Both the position numbers and the translations under genes were made by a program. A stretch of DNA of 64,000 nt, taken from positions 1,426,001 to 1,490,000 of the forward strand of contig JAUFOQ010000005.1 in assembly GCA_040285855.1 (NCBI GenBank), given 5' to 3'. Numbering within the stretch: the stretch's first letter is position 1; each line of letters starts with the position of its first letter. Source of the stretch: Eukaryota sp. GEM-RC1. Taxonomy: Eukaryota. This document shows, in pieces, positions 12,375-25,929 of this stretch. The notes beneath the pieces were generated by a model. That model made no database searches. It was given only the letters and a program-made list of their open reading frames with translations, and was not told the origin of the DNA.

Positions 12375-13951
12375 TTGCTTTTAATGTCATTCTCCCTTCC
12401 TCCAGCAGAAACACTTTCCATCATTCTCGATGAACCCTCTTTGTGTAACCAAACCATTTCATTTGACGAGGAATCTATCGAAGTAAACAAGTCAGTTCTT
12501 GCTGCTCACTCATCGTACTTCCGATCCCTCTGGTTCTTGGAGTTTGGGGATAAACTGGAGAACCCCATCGACTACTCCCATCTTCCCGTCGATTCTGACA
12601 ACTTCTTCGCTTTCCTCAAGTCCTTCTTCGGAAAGTCATTCACCTTCAACGAAAACAATGCCTACAACTTCTTTTACCTGGCCCACTACTTCCAAGTGAA
12701 GAAGCTTATTGACCATGTGGAAAACCACCTCAACACTCATCTCGTAACCTGGGCTTGGTTAAAACCATTCATTAAAGAAGCAGATGAAAGAAGTGACTTG
12801 AGAGCTCTGCAATTCGTTGGTCCTTTCTTTTCCAAGATTGATGACCTTGTGATCGATGACGTGATGGAAATCACTACTGAAGGGTTTCAAATGCTTTCAA
12901 AGTACTGTACATCCACTCAATCACAATCGTGGTTTATCAAATCAGTGGTGGAATCAATTTTGAATCGAAGTTTCGATTTAACTGAATTTTTAACCGTTTT
13001 AAATTTTTGTTCAATTGAAGCCTTTTCTTTTCAACAATGGGATGAGTTTCTGTTTGTTCCTTTAAAAGATGTTGAAGAATTGGAAACCGATCTGATGAAG
13101 TTTCTGTTTACACGAGTTAAGAATCTTTATTTTGACTCTTTGGTGAAGGAAGTTTCTGATTTAAAGGAAAACATTTCCTGCTTGAACACACACAATTTTG
13201 AACTGACCAGTACAATTACTGATCTGGAAAGTCACCAATCAGACTTGAATAGACTTACTGCTGATTTAACAACGGAAAATCTTAGTTTGAAGACAAAAGT
13301 TTCTGCTCTTCTCAATCAAAATAGTGATTTAGAATTGGAAAACTCTGCCTTGGCAACAACAGTTTCCAATTTAAAAGAAACTACATCTGAATTGTTCGAG
13401 AAAATTGCTCATCTTGACTCTGAAAATACTAATTTAAAACAAGAAGTTGAGGAATTTAAAAGTCATACAATTGCAACAGTAAAACCAATTGAGTTCTCTC
13501 AAACTCGGAAACATTCTCGATTAGAAGTTAGTGATGATGGAAAGAGAGTTGTTGGAAGTGGTATGTGTTCTAAACAAATTTTGGGAGAAGATCCACTTCT
13601 TCCAGGTAATGAGTATACTTGGAAGTTGAGGTACCAGGGGAGTACCATGCATCTTATTGTTGGAGTCATTGACGAGTGGAGTTTTGTGTTGACGAAGATT
13701 GTTTTGAGAATGCTCACTGCATTTTGAATCATAGCAGCGGTCGTGGTTGTCTCTCAGATAACAGTCAGAATTGGAATCCTGGTGAATTACTCGAAATCAA
13801 TGTCAATTTAATCAATTACACTTTAACAATCAAATCTATGAGTAATGCTTCATTTAAGATTACTGGAATTCTTCCCAGATTAAGAAGTGGTAATTATTAT
13901 CCATATGCAAGGTTACATTTTAGAACTCATGAACTTGAAATCGTTGAATAA
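12375..13951 (+). pseudogene. BTB/POZ-BACK-like-coiled coil-SPRY-like protein, one frameshift near 13676
   Basis: ORFs 12375-13727 and 13676-13951 join into a full paralog of 6157-7104. One base is missing after GVIDE (gacgagtggagttt vs gacgaatcaaagttt). Heptad-rich region at ~13140-13460. The frameshift may be a sequencing error. Confidence 0.8.
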
Positions 13952-14552
13952 AGTTGATAATATTGTCATTGTGGGTAAGTCTCCTCATTTAAAGCAGTAA
14001 TCAGCTTAATTTGTCGTGAACTTAATTCGAGCAGAAGACATCAACTGCTGGAAGTGGACGTCTATGCATCTTTGATTAAAAAACTTGTTTTAAATTAGAT
14101 ATCTACTTATAAACAAAAGTAATAATTTGAACACATTCTCACTGAAAAAGTATTCTTAATGGCACTTCAAAAATGATAGACTAAACACCATTCATCACAC
14201 TTTAATGAAAGAAAAATTTCGTAATGAAATTACCATGGTTGGTAACACATATTGTAACTAGACATGTAAATTTAAAAGGGGTTGGCTAAAAGGTAACAAA
14301 AATTGCTAAAAAGGTCAAAGTTACTGTCTGAATTTCAGTATTTTCACCTTTTTAGCCAATATGAATGTAAAAACAAGATGCGAAACGTTTCTGAATTAAA
14401 CAGTTTATAAAATATGGTTACATCAGTATTTACTAGAAGTCAAAAAGTAAGAAATCTATTTAATTACCAACAAAACAATTTAAACGAATGTAAAGTAAAA
14501 GTAACTCACATAAGAAATCACTTTTCTTATTCGAAACTCATATTCCAAATTT

Positions 14553-14819
14553 GTGTTTCAATCATTTGGTGTTTCTCTTTTTGGATCGATTAGTCCTGCT
14601 GGCGATCAATTTTTCAAGGATTTCGATGAACTGTGCAAAGAGAAGAAGCGTAAGTTTAGAACGGCTGAATGGAAAAACCGTATAGAGTTTTCCATATATC
14701 GGAATATGCATTTGTATTTCTCTCGATTAATTGAGAAATTGATGTACAAGTTTGGTGTGAAGGTTAATGTAGAAAAACGTAATCTTTTACCGGGTGGTGA
14801 TGAAGTCGTTTGGAATTAA
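14553..14819 (+). mobile_element. RLE non-LTR retrotransposon extreme 3' coding fragment
   Basis: FQSFGVSLFGSISPAG..F..F...WKNRIEFSIYR aligns with the C-terminus of 19011-19538. Confidence 0.7.
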
Positions 14820-15689
14820 TCTTAGTAGTATTTGTTTGTTTTTACAATTTCATAGTTTTGTAGGAAGGTTACCTTATTGGGCACAGACTATAATAAGCTA
14901 TATCTTTTCTTATAGTCCAGAACATACATGAAAAATACACTCTTATTGTATTACCTGTATTTTTTGTGTTTTTTGAATTGTATCAGATCAAAGTGGTTGT
15001 AGTTTTCATGTATGCAAGAGAATTTTAGAATCTCGAATTAACACTACACTCGTATAAATGATTCAGATCCTCCATGAAATAAAAAAAGTGCTCTATTTTA
15101 TAAACTTACACAGAAGACAAATATTTATAGACAGATAAACCTACCCCATCACACAATCTTCTCCACCACCAAACAAACTCTTCAAGATATCATCAAAGTC
15201 ATTGTTTATAGAACGAAATAAATCAAATATTAGACGATCTCTCTAAAAACCACTGTTGAACTTTTTACCGAAAGCATTACCAAAATTCTAAAAAAACATA
15301 AGGAGTTTTTAGCTGCAGTATATAATTTCCATGTACAGAAATGCCAAAGAGTTGAAAAACAAATGTACTGTGTCTTTGAGAGTTTAACTTTTCAAAACAA
15401 TCCATGCACGCAGAATGTTTTTGTCTTCAGCATGGCCAGTGACCGAAAATTATAAATTTATCATGAGGTTCTTTCTTGGTAGAAGTGGAATTACAAGGAT
15501 CAACTGTAGCAAAGTCCAGTACAATTTCTTGAGAATTTCTCCAATGTCTAATTAAATCACCACGACTTTTGTTCCGAATAACTGAATCAGAAAATGCCCA
15601 TACAAGAGGTTCAACTTTGAAACCATTAAATCAAAACATATATAAACACTAATCACGAACACACTGTTGTGGATTACAGATCTCATATG

Positions 15690-15850
15690 AATAAATATGA
15701 GACCTCTCAGACAGTGATTTATCTTACCAGCAAAACAAACATGCAACATGGTAAACGACACTTGCTCGCCAACATCCGAATCCAAAATTTGTTTCCAAAA
15801 TAATTGTCTGAGTACAAAGAGGGGTCTAAACGATGAATAACAGTCAGAAC
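15690..15850 (-). mobile_element. non-LTR RT C-terminal fragment
   Basis: LHVCFAGKINHCLRGL matches GKINHFLRGL at the 5' end of the element at 18954-20309. Confidence 0.55.
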
Positions 15851-16141
15851 AGTTTCTACTGTAGCTTAATTAAGATGACGCAAGGATCTCTATATTTGGG
15901 TTCTGAAACAATTATGCAACGACAGTTGGATGGAAGAAGTCATCATATGTCCTCGTTGTGATGAACTATTGGATTGGTCGTTACTATCAGAAGCTTATGA
16001 ACAAACGCGCTCTGCGTTTAGTTTACAACTGAAGAGTCTGACATGACTGCTGTATCTCCACTTTCTGTTGTCTAACACTCCTCAGACCACTGTAACTTCT
16101 TAGAGGATCTGGAAGTGTTTTAACTCTGGCGTCATAATGAG

Positions 16142-18091
16142 TTGAACGATAAAACCAACATATCTGGTTATGATCCTCCAAACCTTCCTCATTGTCTCAT
16201 CATAGAAGTCATGCTGATTTGTCTTTCAAAGATCTTTAATAAGTTGTTCTCTGATACTACCGTTTTCCAACTTTCTCAGTTTCCCACTTTGCTACATCAA
16301 GTTTCGCACTTGGGTCGTGTCAGAGATTCTTAAATCTATTCCAACAAGTAGTTGAGTTCTTCTGACATGATAGGACTTTTTCTGTCACTAGTGGAACAAC
16401 TAGTTCAACAGATGTTCACATCATTACAAAATTTTCTACATCTACGCCAATATCCACAATGTCCTCTACTAACTCTTCCTTTCAATCACATGTTCTCATC
16501 AATGTTCTTTGATGCTTCTTTGGTATCTGTTTCAAGTTTTCCTTTTCATTTACTCCATCGAATTAGATCTCTTTCACTTTCTTATACTGCTCAATTTGAC
16601 TTTTTGACTCCAGATAACTCTTACTTTTACCCTATTCTACACCATCTGGGATGATTAATACTAATACTGAAACTGGACATGTCTTTGGATCTTTCATCAT
16701 TGAAACTTAATCAATGTCTTACAGTTACTTCCTTGTATCTGTATTATATCTCTGTTGATGACTATTCTATTATTGACCAACAATCACGGTTAACAGAATT
16801 GTCCTTTATTAACTGTACGTTCTGTGGTAACGTTTCACTTTTGACCCAGCTACGAATACTGTTCTTAAAACTCTATCTATCAAAAAAAGACGACTCAATC
16901 AAATAGATCGGGCGTCATTAATTGAAGGACTTTCCTTGAATACTTCTATCACAAGCCTTCACTGGGATTTCATCGCTGATTTTGAGTTTGATAATTCCCT
17001 CTAACATCTCCTTTTTGAAACGAAAGTTATTATTCTCAAAACTCTCATTAACATTGGATGAAACTACTACGAATATCACTCAGTTAATTGAAATATTTCG
17101 ATCAAGTGCCACCTCAAATCTCTCATTAACAAGTCTTAATGTAAATTCAACAGGATCTGCATCTACTGAATGTTTTGAAACTTTACTGATTTGGTTGATT
17201 CGTCATCCATCATTGGAACGTTTGCAATTGCTGTTGTATCATGATTCTCATTTTAAACATGATGTGCAAAAAACACATCGAATCGGGCCGAGTATTTTAA
17301 TATATTTGAGTTTCCAAAATTGCAATTTAGGCATCATTTCTAACTTCCTTTGCATCACCATCATTCCTTCTTGCCCGTTACTTCAAGAGTTAGACCTTTC
17401 TCACAATGATCTAAATCCATTATTCTTTGATCATATTTCAACTGCAATTATTTCCTCATCACTATCCGTGTTAAATCTTTCTGATTGTGGTTTAGAAGAT
17501 GCAGAAGTAATAGTTCTGGCTAATATGTTACTCCTGAGCAATTCTATACGATCACTCAACTTAGAACACAATTTATACTCTCTACCTGGACACGTAGCAA
17601 TTACTGAAGTTTGTAATCAGCTAAAGTATGTACAAGTCGTATCCTCGTATCCTATGGATATAATTGAGTTGGAAGAATATGAAGTAGTTGATAGGCATGT
17701 AGGTGCAATGAGTCGTTTGTTGGACCTTTATGCTGCATCTGATAAGTCAATGGAATTCATCAACAAGGTGGTTTTTGCAGATACTGTGTTGAATTGTTAT
17801 CTTCTTTTATCTCTCTACGATGAAATGAAGCACCTTGATCATATTGATTTCACTTTACATCCGTATCAAGTAAATGTAAACAATGGAATACTTGGTTTTG
17901 CTGGATGCTATATATCGGGATTCCCTTCAAATCTGATTGAAATTCTAGTTTCTTGTTCAATCAAAGAGTTTGACTGCTCAAAAGCTACATTCTGTTCGGT
18001 AATTACTGACTTGCGATTGGCTTTGAATCTTCTTAAAGCTTCTATTTGCTCTTTTCCACACCGCGTGTTAAATTGGATGGGTACAATTTAG
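16142..18091 (+). pseudogene. fragmented LRR-containing gene with possible F-box-like N-terminus
   Basis: Colinear ORF pieces. RI-like LRRs LQELDLSHNDL, LSVLNLSDCGL and IRSLNLEHN in 16982-18091. N-terminal PPNLPHCLIIEV. Confidence 0.55.
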
Positions 18092-18953
18092 AATTAGTCT
18101 TTCTGATTCAGATATTGATTATTTGAAATACTTTGAAAGTTTCACTTATTTAATAAGAACTCAATCTAACCAGGATCAAGGGTTTTAATTGTCACGTTTT
18201 GGATTCGTTTCCTTTTTTTGGAAAATCTCAATCTTTCTTTTACATCTCATGTTTTGAATTTTGAAAGACTCAGTGATTTTGCATATTTAGTCAAACGTCA
18301 TGAATCTTTGTTTCGTGGTGAAACAAAGGTAATGCCCTAAGTTTGCAATCACTGCAAGTTTATGTTGGTCTTTATTATTAACATAAACGTGTTTTTCTAT
18401 TAGTATTCCTGAATTTTTCCAAGTGAATTTAACGCACCTAATATGTGTGATGGTTACTTTGGTTATTAATTGCGAATTCAACGAAGTATCGTTTGAGCAC
18501 AACATAAAGTATTTTTTATCTAAATTTTGATATTTTTCTGAAGTACACTAACGCTAGATTGCTTCGTAAGCAATGCTTACTATGGTGAACCCGTTTGGAA
18601 CAGTCTAGGTCTCTATTTTGAATGTTTCAACTGATCATTTGGAAGATGTTGAACACTGAAACCGTTCCAATTCGTGTTCGGCAAATTCTGTATGAAATCG
18701 ATATTCTAAGTAGTCACTGATCCGTTACAATTTTCAATTCTGATACTGGTGATCATGCAGGTTTCTAATTATTTAAGGATATTGATCTGGTAATACCGTT
18801 TTAAGGAAAAACTTCTAATGAACTAATCGTATTATGTTTGTACTTTATTAGAAGCATTAAGTATTCGAGTTCCATTTATTCCAAGTTGTGTAGAGACAAC
18901 TCTGGGTTGATATGGACAATTATATACAATGTCTGAAGTGGTATATGTTAATA

Positions 18954-20309
18954 AAAAAAACGGGGTTTATGATCAGTCAGTGAAATAAATGCATTTGCAG
19001 AAATTAATAACTAACAGACACTAACTAAAGTATCTAAACTATGATCCTTCTGTCCATCACCGAATAACTTACCTAAAATTGAATTAAAATATCTGTGCAT
19101 TGAACGAAACAACGCAAACGTTAACCTACTCAACCAAAAATTTTCATTGAAAGCTTTACCATACTCAGAACACAATTTACCAAAGGAAGTTAAAAAAACT
19201 TGTGCAGCTGGTCCAATATTACCGTATATCGACATCGCAAAAGGTTGAAACACAAAAGAATTGTACCTGTCAACATTCAATTGGTTAATTAAGTGACAGT
19301 ATTTTGAATTTTTTCCTTTTTCAGCCACTTCAAGAGCAGAAAAATCATCATCAAAATTTTTGGAAATTGATCTTGAATTACAAGGATCAACAGTCGTGAA
19401 ATCCATAATAATTTCCTGACAAGATAACCAAGGACCAATCAAATCACCACGACTTCTATCAACCTTTGGCTGATCAGAAAGATTAGCAAGTAAAGGTTCA
19501 ATTTTTCCATGAAAACCATTAGCCTTAAACATATCCAAACATGTATCCCGGATAATGTTGTGAATAATTGATCGAAAATGAATAAATTGATGTCAGTTAA
19601 CTACATGATGAAAATTTGAAGCTTTTGAACGACCACAAAGACATGGAGAATGCTTCAAAAGACCTGAAGGCCATAAACATAACCTCAGTCTCATGTTAAT
19701 AAGCCATTCATGGTCCTTAAGATTAAAACAAAATTTTCTTGGCAAACGAGAAACAAATGAAGACGCAGCGCTTGAAGAAATATCATTCAAAAATGCACAA
19801 AATGCGGGACTCTTAGTCTTAGCCAAGCTAATACGGTTTTTAAAGTCCAAGCTTTCGTGAAACAAAACAAACTTCTTCTGTAACTTGCGAACACACAAAG
19901 GCAAAGAGAAAATGCTTCTCTGCTGAATTTCTGTTACCCCAACAGGAAATAACTCTGACCACAAATTGGAGTCAAGACTATCAATTAAATTTTGAAGACT
20001 AATTAACCATGCACAAGGTGAGTGAAGTAAAAAATCTTTCGTTTTCCATAACACAGGATAACGATTCTGAAATTCAAACAAAAAATTCTTTAAAGCCCCC
20101 AAAAAGGCACCATCACGCATGTACTTAGCTTTCGTGAAACCAATACCACCAAAAGAAGTAGAAGTGAAACAATGAGAAGGAAGTCAAGAGTCTTTGTTAC
20201 CAACCAGATAACTAACAAAATTTGTACGCAATGAATTAAAATTACGAGATAATTCGAGAGTTAGTTCAGGCGGTAAACCACGTAAAAAGTGATTAATTTT
20301 ACCACTAAA
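18954..20309 (-). mobile_element. 5'-truncated RLE-type non-LTR retrotransposon, copy 1
   Basis: Post-RT region GGIG, CxC..H..C knuckle, RGDL..DFT..AEK.K endonuclease. TSD ATATGTTAATA at 18943-18953 and 20310-20320. Confidence 0.9.
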
Positions 20310-20326
20310 ATATGTTAATATGTTCC

Positions 20327-20530
20327 AAAAAGGGGGTGTCGAAGAGTCGGTGAAACAATTGTTTTTTCAAAACTAACAAACAGACACTAACTAAAGTGTC
20401 TGAACTACGACCCGTCTGTTCATCACCGAACCGCTTACCTAATAGTGAACTAAAATAACTGTACATGCAAACAGTAACCGAATCAACCAAGATTTTTCAT
20501 TGAACACTTACCATACTCAGAACACAATTT
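20327..20530 (-). mobile_element. 3' end of a related non-LTR subfamily
   Basis: Ends ...DTLVSVC like copy 1. The 3' end CCCCC-TTTTT has the same architecture. Confidence 0.7.
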
Positions 20531-20990
20531 AGGTAAAATTGAATCTCTATTGTGCGCATATTCTGATTCTTTCATTCGTGATAAGAGCCGTGGTGATTTA
20601 ATTGGTTCACGGTTAAATTGTAAAGAAGTTGTTTTGGATTTCACCACTTAAGATCCATGTTGTGCTATGGCTGGAGGTAAATAATGGATGATCGATTTTC
20701 ATCTTTGAATAATGTGGAGGATAAGAAATATCTTCGTTGTTGTGATTTTATTTCTAAATTGATTTTACAAAGACATAATGCTTTGGTCTTTCCACCATTC
20801 GGTATACAACTGTATGGGAATTTGGTTTTAGCAGCCCAAACGTTTTTGTTTTCTTTTAATCAATTGTGTTGCGAACTTGGCAAGAAGTTGAACTTTAGTT
20901 TTTTTGTATATTTAATTCAATGTTTCAGTTTTTCGACGAAATTTTGAAAAAGTTTTTGGGGTTCAAGAACATGTCATGGAATAGTATTTT
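20531..20990 (+). mobile_element. decayed RLE non-LTR fragment
   Basis: KIE.LL...SRGDLIG..L.CKEVVLDFTT.DPC...PFGIQLYGNL. Confidence 0.7.
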
Positions 20991-22377
20991 TAATTTTGTT
21001 TACGTATTTAGATTTTATGTATCTTTAAGGGATAAAAGATTTTTTCCTTATTGGAGACTGCTCAATTACACACATGGCTACTTACTTACACTAAATTTGA
21101 AGACCTGCTTTGCACTGGCACAAATATCGAACATCTTGCCAGAACTGCAAAAGTATGCTTTCTTGCAGCACAGTGGGTGTTTGAGAACTCAACTAAGTCT
21201 TTGCAAAAATGATATTTCTGCAATGATCACGACCAATCTGAAAGTGGTCCCTTCCATCATAGAAGATGTGAAAACTCTAGAAGTCTATCTAGTACTGTTC
21301 ATCTACTTTGATGACGTCACCAACCACAGTATTCCTAGGACCAGTGTTTTGTAAAACACTTCGCACAGCATTCAATTTTTTTTAAATTTTCTCATATGTG
21401 GTGTTTTTGCAACTGTGTGGTATATAGTGCTAGTCACTTCTAGATGGTTTTCTTACATGTATATCATAGAAGACAAACCTTTGATAGAATAACGAAAAAT
21501 TCTTCATCCAAGAAACTGACTTCTACTTAATCTATTCTGAAAGTAAGAATGGCTTTTCCTGTAGGATTTACGATATCTGGATCGACTTTCCAATAAAAGA
21601 TGTTTGGACATTTACTTACTGAAAAATTTTTCCAAGGTTTGAATCTACAATTGACTGATCGCAGTACCAACAAAATGCAATATTTATACTAAATATGGTG
21701 TCGGGCAAGTCTACTATAAGATGTATTTGGTATCACCAAATTAAAACCTGCTCACCATCATTTTTGATTGGATGTGGGACCAGCTCATGGGATCAGGAAC
21801 ACAAAAGGTTACGGATATCAAATGTAAAGTTGCAAAAGCAGATCAGTTCACTACAGTGTTTGTTTTCAATAACAGACTGTTGATATTATCAACTTAAAAA
21901 TTACAAAAATGTTGTTAGCATAGCTAAAAAAGACACGTCAGAGTATAACAACACTACTAGAGATACGACTAGACCACGGACATGTTGTATCATTGGTGAC
22001 ATGTCAGTTTAAGCTAGAACAAGATCTAACACCTTTTATTTGCAGTAAGAGTAGTGATAAGTCACCCTCCAAAGTTAAGACACCTGTGATTAAGAGAACA
22101 ATGGGCTCGAAAGTTACATAGTCATTATAATTCATTTACAAAATTCCCTTTCCCTTTGTACTGAAGATATCACTGTTAAGGAGGAACAAGCAGAATCTAA
22201 TATCATGCTGACACAAGATGTAATAAAGACTTTAGATGTGGTAAAAAATTATGATTGGCTCTATTCAAGCCACGATGACCGAAGTGACCCTCTTGGTTTA
22301 TACGAAAATGTTGATGTTGGGAAAATATTCTGAACAATGATCGAAAGATGATTGAGATTTAAAGTGAAAACCATGTG

Positions 22378-22821
22378 TACAGATACGAAAATACTCCAGT
22401 ACTACTCAAAATCCGTGAACGGTGAGTATCTGAGTGGATTGATTGGGTGAGTACTCGAGAATACTCATCAGAAAAAGAAAAAATTCGTATTAGACTGTCA
22501 AACAGATAAGCACCTCTGTTATGTTCGATTGGTGGTAAAAAGATTTATTATTCATTTTTGAAAACAATTACAGCTCCACCAACTTAACGCAAATTGCTTG
22601 AACACACTGGGATTGATTGGTCATTTGATTATGATGAACAGAAATGAACAACGTCTCTAAATACACCTAGACGTTCAGTAAACCGCTTTTATTTACCAAT
22701 ACATTATAGGACTGCTATCGATTCACACGATAGTTTCGACTTATCAAAGAAGGTAAGTTAAGCAGTACTCTACTCAAGTAACTATTCAGTAGTACTTGAG
22801 TAAAGTATTTTCCCATCTCTA
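22378..22821. mobile_element. hAT-like MITE
   Basis: Imperfect 18-bp TIRs TACAGATACGAAAATACT / TAGAGATGGGAAAATACT (15/18). TACTC/GAGTA subterminal repeats. Degenerate 8-bp flanks ACCATGTG / AACATATC. Confidence 0.55.
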
Positions 22822-23189
22822 AACATATCCTTTAAACGTGAACTAACACGAGGCACGTATATCATCATGAATAGATGAATGTTGATGAAGAAAATAAAGA
22901 CAAGGAATCAAATGAATACAAACACAATTAGCTCCACAAATGCAAGTAGAATAGTTTAATGAACTTGCATGCCAAAACACCAAACGAAGACGGATAATCA
23001 TCATCCAAACTTCTTGGAAAAATGGAATTCAAAAACTTTAGGAATTTGAGATACATGCACAATTTTCTATTAACACTTGATTTGAAATATAATACTCCAA
23101 GTACAGTAATACTAATCAGTTGTTTATCCATCATTTACTGTCTCAATTCAGCTGGTATTGCATGTGGTTGGCTCTTCGCACGTAATTTG

Positions 23190-23825
23190 TATGGACACGT
23201 GTTCCATGATAAAATTGAACCTCTATTATCCGCAATTTCTGATTCTTTCTTCCGTGATAAAAGTCGTGGTGACTAAATTGGCATATGGTTTAATTGTCAA
23301 GAAGTGGATTTGGATCAGCAACAAACTCAAGTGGATATTCTCTACAAATGTGAGTATGATAAATCAAGTCTTAAATGAGTCAGGATGAATCCCAGACCTT
23401 TCTTTCAAGTGTTGGTCTCTTACGCACCACTTCGGGTGTATTTCATGAAACTGTTTGCAACAGAATATAAAATGATCAGTTTGTACCTTTGGATAATGTT
23501 GAAGATGAGAAATGTTCTATGATTCTAAATTAATTTCACAAAGACATAATGATTTGGCGCTTTGACCAGTCGGTATTCAATATATGGGAATTTGGGTTCT
23601 GCAGCTCAGACATTTTTGTCATGTTTTGATCAATTGTGTTGTGGATTTGGCAAACAGTTCATTAGATTTTGGGGGGATCCTTCTGTTGTTTCTATATTTT
23701 GTTCAGTGTTTCAGTATTTTGACCGAATTTTGAAGAAACTCTTTCGGATTCAAGAACATGTCATGGAATAGTATTGTTAATTCTATTTACATCTTTAGAC
23801 TTTATGTATCTTTAAGAGATAAAAG
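23190..23825 (+). mobile_element. decayed, interrupted RLE non-LTR fragment
   Basis: KIEPLL...KSRGD and SIYGNLGSAAQTFL. Nucleotide similarity to 20531-21040 including the 3' tail. Confidence 0.65.
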
Positions 23826-24257
23826 AGAGTTGTAGTACCAAAAATTGCACAACTGACAAAAACTAAAGTAAGATTGTATTTTTCAGGCATGTTTTAAAAC
23901 CAAGGACCAACTGATCTCTCCAGTCATTTGAAGAGTAGTATTTGTAACCTGAGACTTATCATTACAATGACATCATGTGCTGTTCAATGCCTAGTAATCC
24001 TACCTTTATAATTAATTGGTATTAAGCCCCTGATTTAACCCCAATGAGATGAATCAGTAATTTTCTTGTGTGTACGTCAAGATTGTCAGCTACAGACATG
24101 GTTCTAAATGTTTCATCTACGATAGTAGTTCTAAAACAAAAAATCATCGAAAACTCAATAAACACACTATTCTACTTGTATACTCTCCTAAACTTTGACC
24201 ACCTTTTTGGTAGGTAAAGAAACAAACCTGACTCTATTTAACACTAATGAAAACTAT

Positions 24258-25592
24258 TTAAGGTGTAATGAGTCCAATTACTCCCACTATTTTAAGTCTA
24301 GGATTAACTTTCAACACATCTGCCAAAGATCTAACACCTTCATCTCCAATAGAGTTATCCTCAAGATTAACGCTTGTAATTGAAGCATTAACTTTCAACA
24401 CATCTGCCAAAGATCTAACACCTTCATCTCCAATACAGTTATCCTCCAGATCAATACTTGAAACTGAAGTATTAACTTTCAACACATCTGCCAAAGATTT
24501 AACACCTTCAGCTCCAATAGAGTTTCCACCTAGATTAATACTTGTAACTGAAGCATTGACTCTCAACGCCTCTGCCAAAGCTCTGGCACCTTCAGCTCCA
24601 ATAGAGTTGAAACTCAGATCAATACTTGTAACTGAAGCATTGACTCTCAACGCCTCTGCCAAAGCTCTGGCACCTTCAGCTCCAATAGAGTTGAAACTCA
24701 GATCAATATTTGTAACTGAATTATTAACTTTCAACGCCTCTGCTAAAGCGCTGGCACCTTCAGCTCCAATGGAGTTATACAGCAGACAAATACTTGTAAT
24801 TGAAGCATTGACTTTCAACGCCTCTGCTAAAGCGCTGACACCTTCATCTCCGATAGAGTTTTCAGCTAAACTAACACTTGTAATTGAAGCATTGACTTTC
24901 AACGCCTCTGCCAAAGCTTTGGCACCTTCAGCTCCAATAGAGCTGTCCTCCAGATCAACACTTGTAACTGTAGTATTGGTTTTCAACGCTTCAATCAATA
25001 ACATAGAAAGAGAGGTGTTTCGTCTCGCTACTTCTACTTCTAGTTGCTTAAGACGTGGAAATAAAGAAGAAGAATTGTTTAGAAACTCTAAATCAGAAAA
25101 TTCCCTCAGTTTGATTCTCAATCCTGTAATTATACCAGAATAATTAAGAAATTTGCCAATTTCTGAGATTCCGTAAACGTACATGAAAACAGATTGTAAA
25201 TCAGCTCCAAAGAAAGAAGCAAGTGAAGTTAGTTTGGGAAGGTGTTCAAGATCAGCATGAAAGGTGTGTAATTGAAAAAACACTTTAACTGCTTGGAATG
25301 AAGAATCAAGGAAGTGATTACTTACATAGCCAACTTGTCCAAAGAATGCAGGTAACGCTGTTTTCAAAGTAGTGAGTCGAACATTGGTTCCATCATGATT
25401 ATTGATAAAACGTCTAAGCCAGTGAAGATGAATAAGAATCAACAAAGACTGCTGAACATGTATAGGTTTAGAGGGAGGATGTGTGGATGAAGACAAAACC
25501 GACAGTTCGTCACAGTTAGACATCACAGAGAAGACACTGGAAGGGTATGACCGACTCCTTTTCAACAAAGGTGCAGGGAGAGGTGTGACCAT
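24258..25592 (-). CDS. RI-like LRR family protein A, 8 x 28-aa repeats
   Basis: Intact ORF with the family-conserved ~200-aa N-terminal region and 8 repeats of NSIGxEGAxALAEALKVNxSVTSxxLxx. The start given is the ATG shared by all six paralogs; an in-frame ATG also exists at 25640. Confidence 0.9.
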   Translation of the reverse strand: MVTPLPAPLLKRSRSYPSSVFSVMSNCDELSVLSSSTHPPSKPIHVQQSLLILIHLHWLRRFINNHDGTNVRLTTLKTALPAFFGQVGYVSNHFLDSSFQAVKVFFQLHTFHADLEHLPKLTSLASFFGADLQSVFMYVYGISEIGKFLNYSGIITGLRIKLREFSDLEFLNNSSSLFPRLKQLEVEVARRNTSLSMLLIEALKTNTTVTSVDLEDSSIGAEGAKALAEALKVNASITSVSLAENSIGDEGVSALAEALKVNASITSICLLYNSIGAEGASALAEALKVNNSVTNIDLSFNSIGAEGARALAEALRVNASVTSIDLSFNSIGAEGARALAEALRVNASVTSINLGGNSIGAEGVKSLADVLKVNTSVSSIDLEDNCIGDEGVRSLADVLKVNASITSVNLEDNSIGDEGVRSLADVLKVNPRLKIVGVIGLITP

Positions 25593-25929
25593 AGATTGAT
25601 CAAGAAATGAGGACTTCTCAAACTTACTGATGTCTGTCATTCCCAACTTGGTTTTTAAAACCAAGAAACATCTGATCTCTCTAGTCACTGAAAGAACAGT
25701 ATTGTTAACCTAGGAATTGTCACCAAAATGACGTTCTTTGATGTTCAAGTTAATCACTGTACTTGATTGAATCCATTGTGATGAACTTTTCTTCCTGATG
25801 ACGTGAAAACTAATTGAGTATCTATATAAGATTCAGACTTTTCTTCTGTGACTTTAATTGGTAACATTGTTTTTTCAAGTTGGTGTACAAGGTTTAGCTA
25901 AATCTAGCACCATCTCTGAGTAGCTTCAG

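Noticed and set aside
24268..25143. Long antisense repeat ORFs (also 33785-34234, 42624-42812, 62584-62868, 63199-63438)
   Set aside because: Shadow frames of the 84-bp LRR unit, which usually lacks a stop on the opposite strand. They break wherever the sense codons create one.
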